Shown piece after piece: positions 20,500-30,988 of a DNA stretch of 64,000 bases (within the stretch, counting starts at the first letter, position 1; every line of letters begins with the position of its first letter). This DNA is from an uncultured Bacillota bacterium. Its GTDB lineage: Bacteria; Bacillota; DTU025; MWDF01. The translations under genes were made by a program, and so were the position numbers. The notes beneath the pieces are model-generated. The model did not search any database and was not told the origin of the DNA. It was given only the letters and a program-made list of their open reading frames with translations. The stretch is taken from assembly GCA_963823655.1 (NCBI GenBank), contig CAWGMK010000007.1:32001-96000 (forward strand), given 5' to 3'.

Positions 20500-22783
20500 T
20501 CACCTTCCGGAGATGGCGCAGGGAAGCGCCTCCTCATAAGCCCTGTTCATCTTGCAAAGGTCCACGTTCACGGCCTTGCCGTCCAGTTTTATCGAAAGGG
20601 TTTCCCCTCCGGTCTTGCCGACGAAGTACGCCGGCACGCCGTTTCTCCTGGCGATGCTCTGTATCGTTGCCGCATTGCCGGGCTTCACCTCTATGAGGGC
20701 CCTTGATGCGCTCTCGGAGAAGAGCAGCTTGTAAAGCGGCAGGCAGTCGGGGTTCGCATCAGTAAGATCGATATCGGCACCTATCCCTTTTGCAAGGCAT
20801 GCTTCAGAAAGGGCCGCGCCCAACCCGCCTTCCGCGCAGTCGTGAGCAGATGTCATCAGGCCCTGGCCCGCTGCCTCTATCAGGAACTTGATAAGCCTCT
20901 TCTCGTTGTCCGCGTTGAACCTTGGAGGCCTGCCGGCCTCTATGCCGTGGAAATGGGCCAGGTATTCAGACCCGCCCAGCTCGTCTTTTGTTTCACCCAA
21001 CAGGACGATGGAGTTGCCGGCCTCCCTGAAGCCCGCAGGCACCGCCTTGTTCACGTCGTCCAAGGAACCTACCATGCCGATAGTGGGAGTCGGGTAGATC
21101 GCAGTCTCGCCGTCCTCGTTGTAGAAGCTGACATTGCCGCCTGTTACCGGCGTTCCGAAAACCTCGCACCCTTCGGCAAGGCCCAGCACGGATTCCCTGA
21201 AGCTCCAGTATACTTCGGGTTTCATGGGGTTGCCGTGGTTCTGGCAGTTTGTTACGGCAAGTGGCGTCGCGCCTGTCAGGGCGATCTTCCTTGCTGCCTC
21301 GGCCACCGCAAGCTTGGCACCCTCCCTGGGGAACAGGTAGCAGTAGCGGGGGTTGACGTCGGTAGTGAGTGCAATGCCCTTGTTTGTTCCGGGGATGCGC
21401 ACAACGGCGGCGTCTCCGCCCGGTTTTATCGCGGTGCCGCAGCCGACCTGGTGGTCGTACTGCGAGTATATCCAGCGCTTGGAGCAAAGGGCGGGCGATG
21501 CCATAAAGTCGATGATCATCGAGGAGAGCTTCTCATCGTCGGGCGCCGGCAGGCTGCCCGGGTCGAATGCGCCTAGCTCATTGATGTAGCCCGGCTTCAC
21601 GTATTCCCTGTCGTAGGCAGGCGCGTCCTCAGCAAGCTGCGCTGCGGGGATATCGGCTACGACTTCGCCGTGCATGGTCAGCGTCAGCATCCCGCCGTCG
21701 GTGACCTCTCCTATGACTGCCGCGTCCAGGTCCCACTTCCTCAGGATGTCGGCGACCTCCCCCTCCTTGCCGGGGACGGGCACCATGAGCATCCTCTCCT
21801 GCGATTCCGAAAGCATTATCTCGTAAGGGCTCATGCCGGTCTCGCGCTTGGGAACAAGGTCCAGCTCTACTTTCATTCCTGATCCACCGCGGCTTGCCAT
21901 CTCAGATGTCGCGCAGGTAAGCCCTGCCGCGCCAAGATCCTGAATTCCGAGCACAAGTTCCTTTTCAACCAGCTCCAGGCAGGCTTCAAGCAGAAGCTTC
22001 TCGCGGAACGGGTCGCCGACTTGTACTGCCGATTTCCTCTCCTGGGCCTCCTCTGTCAGGTCCGCCGATGCGAATGTCGCCCCGTGTATGCCGTCGCGCC
22101 CGGTGGTGGAGCCTATAAGCATGACTTTGTTGCCGGCGCCTGTCGCTTTGCCGCGCCTGATGTCCTCATGCTTCAGATATCCTACGCACATGACATTTAT
22201 TAAGAGGATTTACCGAATAGCAGCTTCCGAACCAGCTCATGCCGCCGACTGTGGGAATGCCGACCGCGTTGCCGTAGCCCGCTATGCCGGCTACCACGCC
22301 GTCGATTATGTGGCGGTTCCTGGCGTCGTCCGCAGGCCCGAAGAACAGCGGGTCGAGCATGGCTATCGGGCGCGCTCCCATGGTGAATATGTCGCGTATG
22401 ATGCCGCCGGCCCCTGTCGCGGCCCCCTGATAGGGCTCAACCGCGCTGGGGTGGTTGTGGCTTTCGATCTTGAACGCGACGGCCAGGCCATCGCCGACAT
22501 CGACTATGCCTGCGTTCTCGCCCGGGCCCTGCAGCACGCAGTCGCCCTTGGTAGGCAGTAGCTTCAGCACCTTCCTCGAATTCTTATAGGAGCAGTGCTC
22601 GCTCCACATGACGGAGAACATCGCCACTTCCAGGAAGTTGGGATGCTTTCCGATCTTGGTGCAGACCAGCTCGTATTCTTCATCGGTAAGCCCCATCGCG
22701 CGCCAGTCCTTGGGCTCCACTGTCCTTACGCCTGAGACTGCCGGGCTCTGCTTATCCACGAAATCTTTTATCTGCTCGCTCAT
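20500..22783 (-). CDS. purL: FGAM synthase subunit PurL, frameshifted near 22200
   Basis: [22 protein letters not shown] in the first ORF; [23 protein letters not shown] in the second. Confidence 0.93.
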
Positions 22784-23486
22784 TTGAGGTAGCCTCCCTT
22801 CCCGCACCATTCGATGAGGGATTTGAAGACCCTTATGCCGTCGGTGCCGCCCAAAACGCTTTCCATGACGCGCTCAGGGTGAGGCATAAGCCCTACCACG
22901 TTGCCCTCTTTGTTCGATATGCCGGCTATGTTGTTGATGCTGCCATTGGGGTTTGAGCAGGCAGAAAGCTCTCCGTCGGCCTCGGCGTAGCGGAAGACCA
23001 CCCTTCCGTTGTCCTCGAGCGTTCTTTATCATATCGGCATCGGCGTAGTAGTTGCCCTCTGCATGAGCTATGGGGAAGTCGACTACCTCGCCCTGTGGAA
23101 TAAAGGCTTGTAAAGGGGGTTTTAACGTTTTCGACCCTCAGCTTCTGGGGCCTGCATATGAACTTCAGGCTGCGGTTTCTAAGCGTAACGCCCGGAAGAA
23201 GGCCCAATTCAAGAAGCACCTGGAAGCCGTTGCATATGCCAAGCACCGGACCGCCGTCGTTTGCGAAATCGATCACGGCATCCATTATCGGGGAGAAGCG
23301 GGCGATGGCCCCGCAGCGGAGGTAATCGCCGTGGGCGAATCCGCCGGGCAGCACTATCGCATCGTACCCTTCTACGCTTTTCTCTTTATGCCATATGAAG
23401 CCCGAATCCGCGCCTGTTACCTCAGCCGCCCTCTCGACGTCGCGGTCGCAGTTGGAGCCGGGGAAGACCACTATGCCTATCTTCAT
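22780..23486 (-). CDS. purQ: FGAM synthase glutaminase subunit, frameshifted near 23000-23100
   Basis: FPGSNCD, PGGF..GDYLR, GICNGFQ; the C-terminal [16 protein letters not shown] is in 22780..23001. Confidence 0.93.
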
Positions 23487-23746
23487 TTCGCCATCTCCTC
23501 GGCCAGGGTGAACTCATATCTTTCCATGACCAGGTTGGCCAGAAGCTTCCTGGTTATCTCGTCCAAGGCAAGCTTTGCCGAAGCCTCATCCGCAGCCTTG
23601 AGCCTGACTTCGATGAACTTTCCAAGGCGCACGTCATCCACTGCCGAGTAGCCCATGCTGTGAAGGCCCGTCCTCACCGCGACGCCCTGCGGGTCCAGTA
23701 TGGAGGGCTTAAGCGTCACAATTACTTTCGCAAGATAGCTCTTCAC
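23483..23746 (-). CDS. purS: FGAM synthase subunit PurS
   Basis: [29 protein letters not shown]. Confidence 0.95.
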   Translation of the reverse strand: MKSYLAKVIVTLKPSILDPQGVAVRTGLHSMGYSAVDDVRLGKFIEVRLKAADEASAKLALDEITRKLLANLVMERYEFTLAEEMAK

Positions 23747-24456
23747 TCTACCGCACCTCCGGATATCCTTCTTAGAACCTCGACATAGGCTTCCTCGACG
23801 CCGCCCAAATCGCGGCGGAAGCGGTCCTTGTCCAGCTTCTCGCGGGTCTGGGAGTCCCAGAAGCGGCAGGTGTCGGGGGAAATCTCGTCAGCGAGGATGA
23901 TCTGGCCTTTGTAGAGCCCGAACTCCAGCTTGAAGTCCACGAGTATGAGGCCTCTGTCCGCCATGAAGGGGCGAAGCAGGTTATTGACTCTAGTCGCCAT
24001 ATCGCGCACCTTGTCGACGGTCGCCTGGTCGGCTATCCCTAGGAGCTTTACGTGGTCGTCGTTTACGAGGGGGTCGTGCAGCTCGTCGTCCTTGTAGTAG
24101 ATCTCGCGGATCGGCTCCTTGATGTCGACGCCCTCGGGGATGCCGAGCCTCTTGGAAAGGCTACCGGCCACCACATTCCTTACGACTACTTCTAGAGGGA
24201 CGATCTTTACGTGCTTTACCAGCATCTCGGTGTCCGATAACAGCTTTACGAAGTGAGTCGGAATGCCATGATGCTCCAAATAGCCGAACATGGCGGCGGA
24301 CATGAGGTTGTTTACCCTGCCCTTGCCGCTTATCGTGCCCTTCTTAAGCCCGTCGAAGGCGGTTGCGCTATCCTTGTAGCTTATGAGGACTTCGTCCGGA
24401 TTCTCGGTTGCGTACACCCTTTTGGCCTTGCCTTCGTACAACAGCTTCCCTTCCAT
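23743..24456 (-). CDS. purC: SAICAR synthetase
   Basis: LYEGKAK, PLEVVVRN, LVDFKLEFG, LADEISPDTCRFWD, LDKDRFR. Confidence 0.97.
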   Translation of the reverse strand: MEGKLLYEGKAKRVYATENPDEVLISYKDSATAFDGLKKGTISGKGRVNNLMSAAMFGYLEHHGIPTHFVKLLSDTEMLVKHVKIVPLEVVVRNVVAGSLSKRLGIPEGVDIKEPIREIYYKDDELHDPLVNDDHVKLLGIADQATVDKVRDMATRVNNLLRPFMADRGLILVDFKLEFGLYKGQIILADEISPDTCRFWDSQTREKLDKDRFRRDLGGVEEAYVEVLRRISGGAVE

Positions 24457-24514
24457 ATCAAAAACCTCCATATCATTGTTATTACAAAGGTGAATTCGCT
24501 TATTCAAAGTTCTC

Positions 24515-25018
24515 TTATTTTCCCTTGACCCTTACTTCCTCATCGGCCTCGATCGCCCTGGCCTTGATGTTCTCCTTGTAATCACGAAGGATTATTTCCA
24601 ATGTCTTGTCGGATAATGCCAGTATCTGGGCTGCGAGTATGGCGGCATTTGCAGCGCCTCCGATGGCCACTGTCGCCACCGGCACGCCGGACGGCATCTG
24701 CACTGTGGCATATAGCGCGTCTACACCGTTTAGCGCCCCCGATGAAAGGGGTACGCCTATCACAGGAAGCATGGTGTTCGCGGCCATTGCGCCTGCAAGA
24801 TGGGCCGCCGCTCCGGCTCCCGCGATGATTACCTTAATCCCACGGCCTGCGGCGCTCTTCGCGTATTCTGCCGCGATGTCCGGGGTGCGGTGGGCGGATA
24901 TCACTCTGAGCTCGGATTCTATTCCGAACTTGGTTAGCAATCCCGACGTCGCCTTCATGACTTCCAGGTCCGATTTGCTTCCCATTACTATTCCTACTTC
25001 GATTCCGTTGATTGACAT
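24515..25018 (-). CDS. purE: N5-CAIR mutase / AIR carboxylase
   Basis: [37 protein letters not shown]. Confidence 0.97.
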   Translation of the reverse strand: MSINGIEVGIVMGSKSDLEVMKATSGLLTKFGIESELRVISAHRTPDIAAEYAKSAAGRGIKVIIAGAGAAAHLAGAMAANTMLPVIGVPLSSGALNGVDALYATVQMPSGVPVATVAIGGAANAAILAAQILALSDKTLEIILRDYKENIKARAIEADEEVRVKGK

Positions 25019-25032
25019 GGAAACTCCTCCTT

Positions 25033-25087
25033 AAAAAAGCATAAAGCCCCGCGAACAAGGTTACGAAACCTGCCCGCCGGGGCTTTT
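25033..25087 (-). terminator. Riboswitch-controlled intrinsic terminator
   Basis: AAAGCCCC...GGGGCTTT-ATGCTTTTTT; its 5' arm overlaps the 3' end of the aptamer. Confidence 0.8.
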
Positions 25088-25191
25088 ATCCCTTAGGTGT
25101 AGCCTTGCCCTCTAAAAAGAGGGGGGCCTGCGCCGCTCGGTCCAGGCCCGCTTCGCTTCTGCTTCGCGGCGGAACCCTAGGCGCACTTTCG
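25064..25191 (-). ncRNA. ykkC-motif riboswitch, PRPP-sensing subtype (2b)
   Basis: GAAAGUGCGCCUAGGGUUCCG...GGACCGAGCGGCGCAGG...ACACCUAAGGGAUAAAAGCCCCGGCGGGCAGGUUUC; GAAA/UUUC P0 stem; upstream of purE. Confidence 0.9.
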
Positions 25192-25425
25192 TCATATTCT
25201 TTTTTGGGGCGGGCTTAAGCCCCTAAAAACTTTGCGCCGCACGAACCCTTCAAAAGGGCCTGCGGCGCATCCTCGATCATCTATTCAGAGCTGTGGGCAT
25301 GCGACAAGGCAAGCTTACCCGAAAACGCTATCCTTCTCAGCCTACAGTGCCAATTCATAAACCCTACGCGTCCTTTCCCAAACCGGGCCTCGCCGTGCCC
25401 GCTTATTTGAAACGACTACATGAGG

Positions 25426-25454
25426 ATTGTAAGCTAAAACGACGAAATCTTCAA
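25426..25454 (-). promoter_or_regulatory. Candidate SigA promoter of pur operon
   Basis: TTGAAG-17 bp-TACAAT. Confidence 0.6.
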
Positions 25455-25512
25455 GCCTTCTGCGGCTTCGGCAATACCAGCGCCTTGTGCTGATTACGAC
25501 TATATCGGCAGC

Positions 25513-26423
25513 TTATTTGCCCAATGGGAGCACTGCCAGTATGATATCGAATTTTATCCTGGCCTGGCCCGCGGCCTGGGAAAGGATGATCTCGTCGCCC
25601 TCCACCTTAACGAGTATCCCTGAGAGGGTTGTGCCGTCTTTCAGCACTACTATGACGCCGGCGGTTCCTTGAGCGCCTGCGGCAGGCGATGCTTCGATCT
25701 GGCCCGGTACGGAGGATTTGATCTCCTCTGCGCTGAGTGCGCGGCCGTAGAGCCTGACTTCGCTGATGGCGCCTTTTATGTGCTCCAGCTCGTTGTCGTC
25801 CATGAAGGCTCCTATTGCGAATGTCGACTGCTCGGGATAGGCGATGTCCCCGTAGGCTTGGGTAGATTCCCTGACAAGGGTACCGTCGATATAGAGCTTC
25901 ATGTTGGCACCATCGTAGGTGAAGGCTATGTAGTACCATCTGCCGAGCTCGAAATAGTTGTCCCAGGATATCCAGTCATATCTGGGAGAGCCGCCGTCTC
26001 TTACGGTTGCGATGTAGCCTCCGATGCGCCCGTCCACCACGCCAAGGAAGAAGCCCCTTTCATAGGAGCCGTTGTCCTGCACGTAGTTCAGAATGCCGGT
26101 CCAGGAAGCGACGGGTTTCGATCTTCGCCCAGACCTGCGATAGTGAGCTCCTTAGCCGGCAATGCCGTACCTGATGGTGCCCCTTTGTAAAGTTCGATGC
26201 GGTTGCTGGTGCCGTCGAAGACCATCGCCTTGCCGTAAGGGCCGTCAATGAACTGCTGGGGGCCGTTTATCGCTCCATCCTTGCCGTACAGTGCAGAAAG
26301 CGCAATGCCGTTAATGTATTCCGGCGCAAGGACCCATGCGCCTATCAGGCCTGAAGGGGCAGCATGCGCCGACGAAACGAGAAGCAGGGAAATCAACAGC
26401 GCCATTAGCATCATCTTTTTCAT
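25513..26423 (-). CDS. Exported LamG/concanavalin-like domain protein, frameshifted near 26100-26140
   Basis: Signal peptide (..SSAHA), GKAMVFDG, WYYIAFTYDGANMKLYIDG, GAISEVRLYGRALSAEEI. Confidence 0.8.
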
Positions 26424-26699
26424 TAAGCATCCACCTTTTCTCAGTCTTCTTTGGGCGCGGTCTTACTTTTATCGCTTAATCAAATAGGAGGGAGATTACG
26501 TTGATTTCCTATTATTATACCTGCAACAGCGGTCTTTACAAGCCATTCGTCAGATAAGTGCACGTTTGCTGCCCAATACCCTGCAACGACTGGGTTTGTG
26601 AAGCCGGAGGTCATGCGGATGAGACAAGGTGCTTAATGCACTTTGCTATCGCCTGTTTACACTGCTGCTGCGATAATGAAGTAAATATGGCTTTGCGGG

Positions 26700-28721
26700 G
26701 TGAGCAAGATGGATTACGAGGGCATAGTAAGGCTCGATCGGATTCTCGTTATGGCCGGCGTGGCCTTTGCAGCAGTGCTGCTTCTGCTTTTCCAGGGAGG
26801 CGCTGCAAGGGAGATGTTCCTTCCCATATGCATAGCCGTTTCCGTGCTGGCTTTGGTGGCCGAAACAGGGCATCGCTACGACAGAAAAGGGCGCACCTAT
26901 GCAATGCCTTACTTCTCGGTCCCTGCTTTCATGCTCGTCATACTTGCCGCGGCGAGCACCTTCTGGAGCATCGATATCGGAAGGAGCATGGCGGAGCTGC
27001 CTAAGTACTTCCTTTACTTCCTCTCGTTCTGGATCCTATCCCGCATGGTGGATAAGCAAAGAAGGGCAGCATACTTCATATTCCTCCTGGTTGCAGGCGC
27101 CATGATGGCCTATTCGCTGTATGAATACGCCTTTCTAGCCGGCTCCGGGACGGCAGGGCCGACATTCCCGTTTGCATCACCCGAGCCTTTTGTGGCATTC
27201 GCCCTGGTCCTGCTTTCGATGTCGCTCGGCATGCTGATGAGCGTTTGGCTGGATGGGGCTGTATTGAGCGAAGAGGCTGCGGGCGCAACTCATATTGCAG
27301 TTCTTGTCGTATCAGCGGCCACCGCCCTTTTGTCGTCGGCAGCGCTGCTGCTGTCCTCTTCGGCCATGACGCTGCTTCTGGGAACCCTAATACTTGTCGC
27401 AATAGTGCTTGTCCGCGGTCGGAAAGAGTGGCTCAGATCTGCGGCTCTTGTATTGGGCGTAATGCTCATCGGGCTGTTGTTTTCATGGCTGCTCAGCTCA
27501 TATGGATCGAGCGAAGCAAGGACGGTGCCCTTCCTTCCTGCGCTTGAGGGCACGGTTGAAGGTTTCGTTAAGGAGCTCGAATACAGGGCTTATCATTGGG
27601 TAATCGCATTAAAGCTCGGGGCACAGCGTTTCGTTGGGGGCTTCGGACTGGGGACTTTCAAGGAAGCGCTGCCTCTTGCCTATGTACCTGCCGACTTCAG
27701 GCCCGGGCCAAATGCGCAAAGCTTCGCCTTGCAGCTGTTCGCAGAGCTCGGTTTTCTTGGCTTCTCATCGTTTCTGGCTCTGGCGGCATCAGTTGCAGTG
27801 AGCCTTGCAAGAAGGGTGAAGCGCAATGACAAGGATGCCTTGGCTCTGGCAGTGCCATTCGTCGCTGCCCTGATCTCCCTTTTCATCGGGGGAGGATACG
27901 AGGCGCCGGTGTTAGCAATGCTGTTTTTCATGTTCTCGGGAATGGCCTCGGCGGAAAGGCACACTGCAGCAGACGTAAAGGGAAGGAAGGGCCGGATGAG
28001 GCTTATCCCTACCGCAGCCCTGCTTGCGGTGATAGCCGGCTCGATCGTCCTCTGCTCCTTCTCCATGGCGGCGCTTACCGCAAAGCAGGAGGCCGAGCAC
28101 TATATGGACCACGGGGAATATGAAGAGGCGGTAGTCGCGATAGACAAGGCCCTGGACCTGAATTCGTACGACAAGGACCTCTATATGGCCTGGGCAAGGG
28201 CGGAGATGGCGCTGGCCAATGATGGAGTCGAGGGGCACAGCCTTGATGCGGCCCTCAGGTATGCGGAAATTGCAGTAGACCTCTCTCCTTATAGCCCGGA
28301 GGCGCTTGCGATCAGGGGCTCCCTAATTAAGGCAATGGTAGATGACGGCTCGTGGTTGGAGGATTTCAAGCAGGCATCCGCCTTCGCCGCAGACGATGTC
28401 TCAGCCAGCCTTACAGTCGCGGATGAGGGGCTAAGGACGGGTGACTTGGACATGGCGGGAGAGTACATCGACATTGCGAGGCTGAATGAGCCCCTTCTGT
28501 CAACGGGTGCGGATGTGACCACCCTTGAGGGAATAAGCGATCTCTCCAACCTGATAAAAGTCGAAGTGCTTGCCTATGTCCATGCGGTGAAATCAGGGGA
28601 TACAGATGAGGCCGAGATCATACTTGAGGATCTTAAGTTGTTGGAAGAGGAGTACCCCGACATCCACGGATTCATACACGAACTGATTGAAAGATATGGC
28701 GTGGAAGATCCCCTTCACTGA
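26700..28721 (+). CDS. O-antigen ligase-like (Wzy_C/WaaL) membrane protein with C-terminal TPR repeats
   Basis: About 12 TM segments, GFGLGTF, LQLFAELG.LG, then TPR-like helices (YEEAVVAIDKALDLNSY). Confidence 0.7.
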   Translation: MSKMDYEGIVRLDRILVMAGVAFAAVLLLLFQGGAAREMFLPICIAVSVLALVAETGHRYDRKGRTYAMPYFSVPAFMLVILAAASTFWSIDIGRSMAELPKYFLYFLSFWILSRMVDKQRRAAYFIFLLVAGAMMAYSLYEYAFLAGSGTAGPTFPFASPEPFVAFALVLLSMSLGMLMSVWLDGAVLSEEAAGATHIAVLVVSAATALLSSAALLLSSSAMTLLLGTLILVAIVLVRGRKEWLRSAALVLGVMLIGLLFSWLLSSYGSSEARTVPFLPALEGTVEGFVKELEYRAYHWVIALKLGAQRFVGGFGLGTFKEALPLAYVPADFRPGPNAQSFALQLFAELGFLGFSSFLALAASVAVSLARRVKRNDKDALALAVPFVAALISLFIGGGYEAPVLAMLFFMFSGMASAERHTAADVKGRKGRMRLIPTAALLAVIAGSIVLCSFSMAALTAKQEAEHYMDHGEYEEAVVAIDKALDLNSYDKDLYMAWARAEMALANDGVEGHSLDAALRYAEIAVDLSPYSPEALAIRGSLIKAMVDDGSWLEDFKQASAFAADDVSASLTVADEGLRTGDLDMAGEYIDIARLNEPLLSTGADVTTLEGISDLSNLIKVEVLAYVHAVKSGDTDEAEIILEDLKLLEEEYPDIHGFIHELIERYGVEDPLH

Positions 28722-28800
28722 CATTGTGCTTGATGGGGCCTCAATATCCATCGGCAGCCCTTTTCAACAAGCGAATCGGGATTCTCTTGGAGGTGTTATC

Positions 28801-29466
28801 TTGAGTTCAAAGACTAAGCCGGAGGAGAATTTTGCCGACAAAAGCAGACTCGAAGACTTTGACGGCCTTGTAAACAGGCTGTTGTCCGACCCTTCTCAGA
28901 TAAAAGGCCTTTTGGAGGCAATCCCTAAAGACAAAGGAAACCTGAAATACTTGCATGAGAAAGCTATACGGGCGATAAGCGAGAGAAAGCCCGATCCTCT
29001 GCTTCCTCACATGGATCTCATACTGGGCTTGGCTAATTGCGAAAATACGTTCATCCGCTGCGGGGCGATAATTAGCCTATCGAATCTCATTCCAAAGGCT
29101 TCGGCAGGGGCGGCGCTTGAGTCATTCAAGGGCTATATGGCGCTCATGGAATCCGATTCCCTTCTTATTGCGGGCAACGCATCAGGTAACGCATGGAAGA
29201 TAGCGAAAGCCTGGCCCGGATTGGAGCCATGCATAACCAAAAAGCTGCTTTCTATACCATCCAGGACATTCATCCATCAGGGGAAGCCCTCCCCCGAATG
29301 CAGGAATATCATGATAGGGCACGCTTTGGAATGCTTCGCCAAGTATTTCGATTTCGCAACTGACAAGGCAAGCATCATAGATTTCTTCGAAAAGGCAGAG
29401 GCGAATGAAAGGCCTTCAGTGGCGCGGAAGGCACACACCCTTCACAGAAAGCTTCGAAGCTATTGA
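28801..29466 (+). CDS. Hypothetical HEAT/ARM-like alpha-helical protein
   Basis: TTG follows GGAGGTG; helical repeat-like pattern, ECRNIMIGHA. Confidence 0.6.
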   Translation: MSSKTKPEENFADKSRLEDFDGLVNRLLSDPSQIKGLLEAIPKDKGNLKYLHEKAIRAISERKPDPLLPHMDLILGLANCENTFIRCGAIISLSNLIPKASAGAALESFKGYMALMESDSLLIAGNASGNAWKIAKAWPGLEPCITKKLLSIPSRTFIHQGKPSPECRNIMIGHALECFAKYFDFATDKASIIDFFEKAEANERPSVARKAHTLHRKLRSY

Positions 29467-29542
29467 GATTCAGAATTTGCAGATGCCCTTGCAATGCATA
29501 GCACAACTAAGGCCGGTCTTATCGTTCTTAGGAACAGAAAGT

Positions 29543-30643
29543 TCACTCATCCCGGCTCCCGGTACGTGTAATTTTCCATATGCTCCGGCCATCTGCAATG
29601 AAAAAGCCATCAGCAATAGGGTAAATCACGGCTGGGCCTCTCAACCCCTCTACTTTTAGAATATCGGTTGTGAGAAGATTGTTATCCAGAACAACTATTC
29701 TGTCTTTTTGAGGAATGAAGTAGCTGCCTTCATAAGATAGCGGTTCTCCAATAACACCATCTTCCAGCACTGCCGAAGCCAATACATATCCATCGAATGG
29801 GCGAAGCAGCTTCAGGCTCTTGGAATCCTTTCCGACGACAAGCACGTGTCCGTCCGCGCCTACAGCCAGAAATTTAGGATTCTCCGTCTTTAACGTCCAG
29901 CTCAAGCCCGCCGTATCAAGGGTGTTCCACATGGCTAACCCTGTTCCTTCGACTACGAACAACGCGCCGTAACCCGGAACCTCTTTCATAATGAGAATAT
30001 CGGCCGGATATAGCTGGAGAAACTGCAGGTCGTTCTTTCCGTCTTCGGTTCTGATCACCTTGGAATATTTTGTTCCTACGGTAAGATTGTCGCTTCCGAA
30101 TTCATAAACTTCGCCCGTAAGAAGAAGCCTTCCATCCCAGAGTATTTCGAGGAGCCGAACCGGCCCCGGTAGCATAAGTCCTCAGAAATCACATTCCTCA
30201 TGAGGATAGTATTCCCAAAGGGAGCTTCCCTCATCGTTGAATGCCTGGATTCCGTAAGAATGCCCTACAGCGGGGCTCCCATCAGGCAGTATAGTAATAG
30301 CCACAATCTCCTCATTGGCTTCAGATTCCCACGCCTCCCTACCGTCGGCGTCGAACTTTGCCAGTATAGTCCCATATGCTATGAATAGAGATCCTTCTTG
30401 TCCAAAGGCCATGGCCTTTATATTGGATGGCAAGACGGTTTCAATAACCTTTTCCGCGGACGAATCGAATATCATCAGCTTCCTCTTATGCGACACCGCG
30501 AAGCCGCCATCCTGCGAAGCCGCAAACATGTCGTGGCTATTCTGCCCGATATGGGTGATTTCGTAATCTGAAGCAGCCGCATTCAATGGAAATGAGGCTA
30601 TTGCCAATAATACGGCAACAAAAATGAAGATCGCTCTCTTCAC
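29543..30643 (-). CDS. Exported beta-propeller (PQQ-like) protein, candidate selenoprotein with CxxU
   Basis: GTG follows GAGGTG; signal peptide; blade motifs (FDADGREAW, FNDEGSSLW). In-frame TGA at 30182-30184 reads HEECDF-U-GLMLPGP and joins the two ORFs in one frame. Confidence 0.7.
30151..30167 (-). promoter_or_regulatory. Candidate bacterial SECIS hairpin
   Basis: GGGGCC-GGUUC-GGCUCC beginning 15 nt after the UGA. Confidence 0.6.
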
Positions 30644-30988
30644 AATATCATCACCTCTTTGAGACAAGCTTGGGAGCCTATTCGCTTCTCTTGCCAAAGT
30701 GAACGCCTTGTGCGTAGTCCATGGTCTCATTCTATATCTTTTGAACAAATGTACAATTATCTATACAAAGCTTTCTATGTTTCGGCTATATTTCATTTTA
30801 GGCCATCTAGCTGGAGCTAAGCTATTACAGTTTATCTCTGTAAATCCAGCATATGCATATACCATTTTCTTGTGCTGTTCAGCGTCAGAATATTCATTTC
30901 TTTGTATAAAGAAGGACGGGGTATTATCACATAGAAAGCTATTAATCGGTCAAGCTAATTGACCCATTTTAAGGAGGGGAAGCGACAC

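Noticed and set aside
22166-23100. Programmed frameshifting in purL/purQ (also hisA)
   Set aside because: No consistent slippery site or stimulatory structure, and breaks are scattered across unrelated genes, which fits sequencing error.
25192-25420. Guanine or ZTP riboswitch in tandem with the PRPP aptamer
   Set aside because: The conserved purine-aptamer (UAUAA..GGUUUCUAC..CCGUAAA) and pfl/ZTP cores could not be found by eye.
26082-26090. TGA between the two LamG ORFs as a third Sec site
   Set aside because: The TGA is not in the frame of the downstream ORF; the join needs indels, not readthrough.
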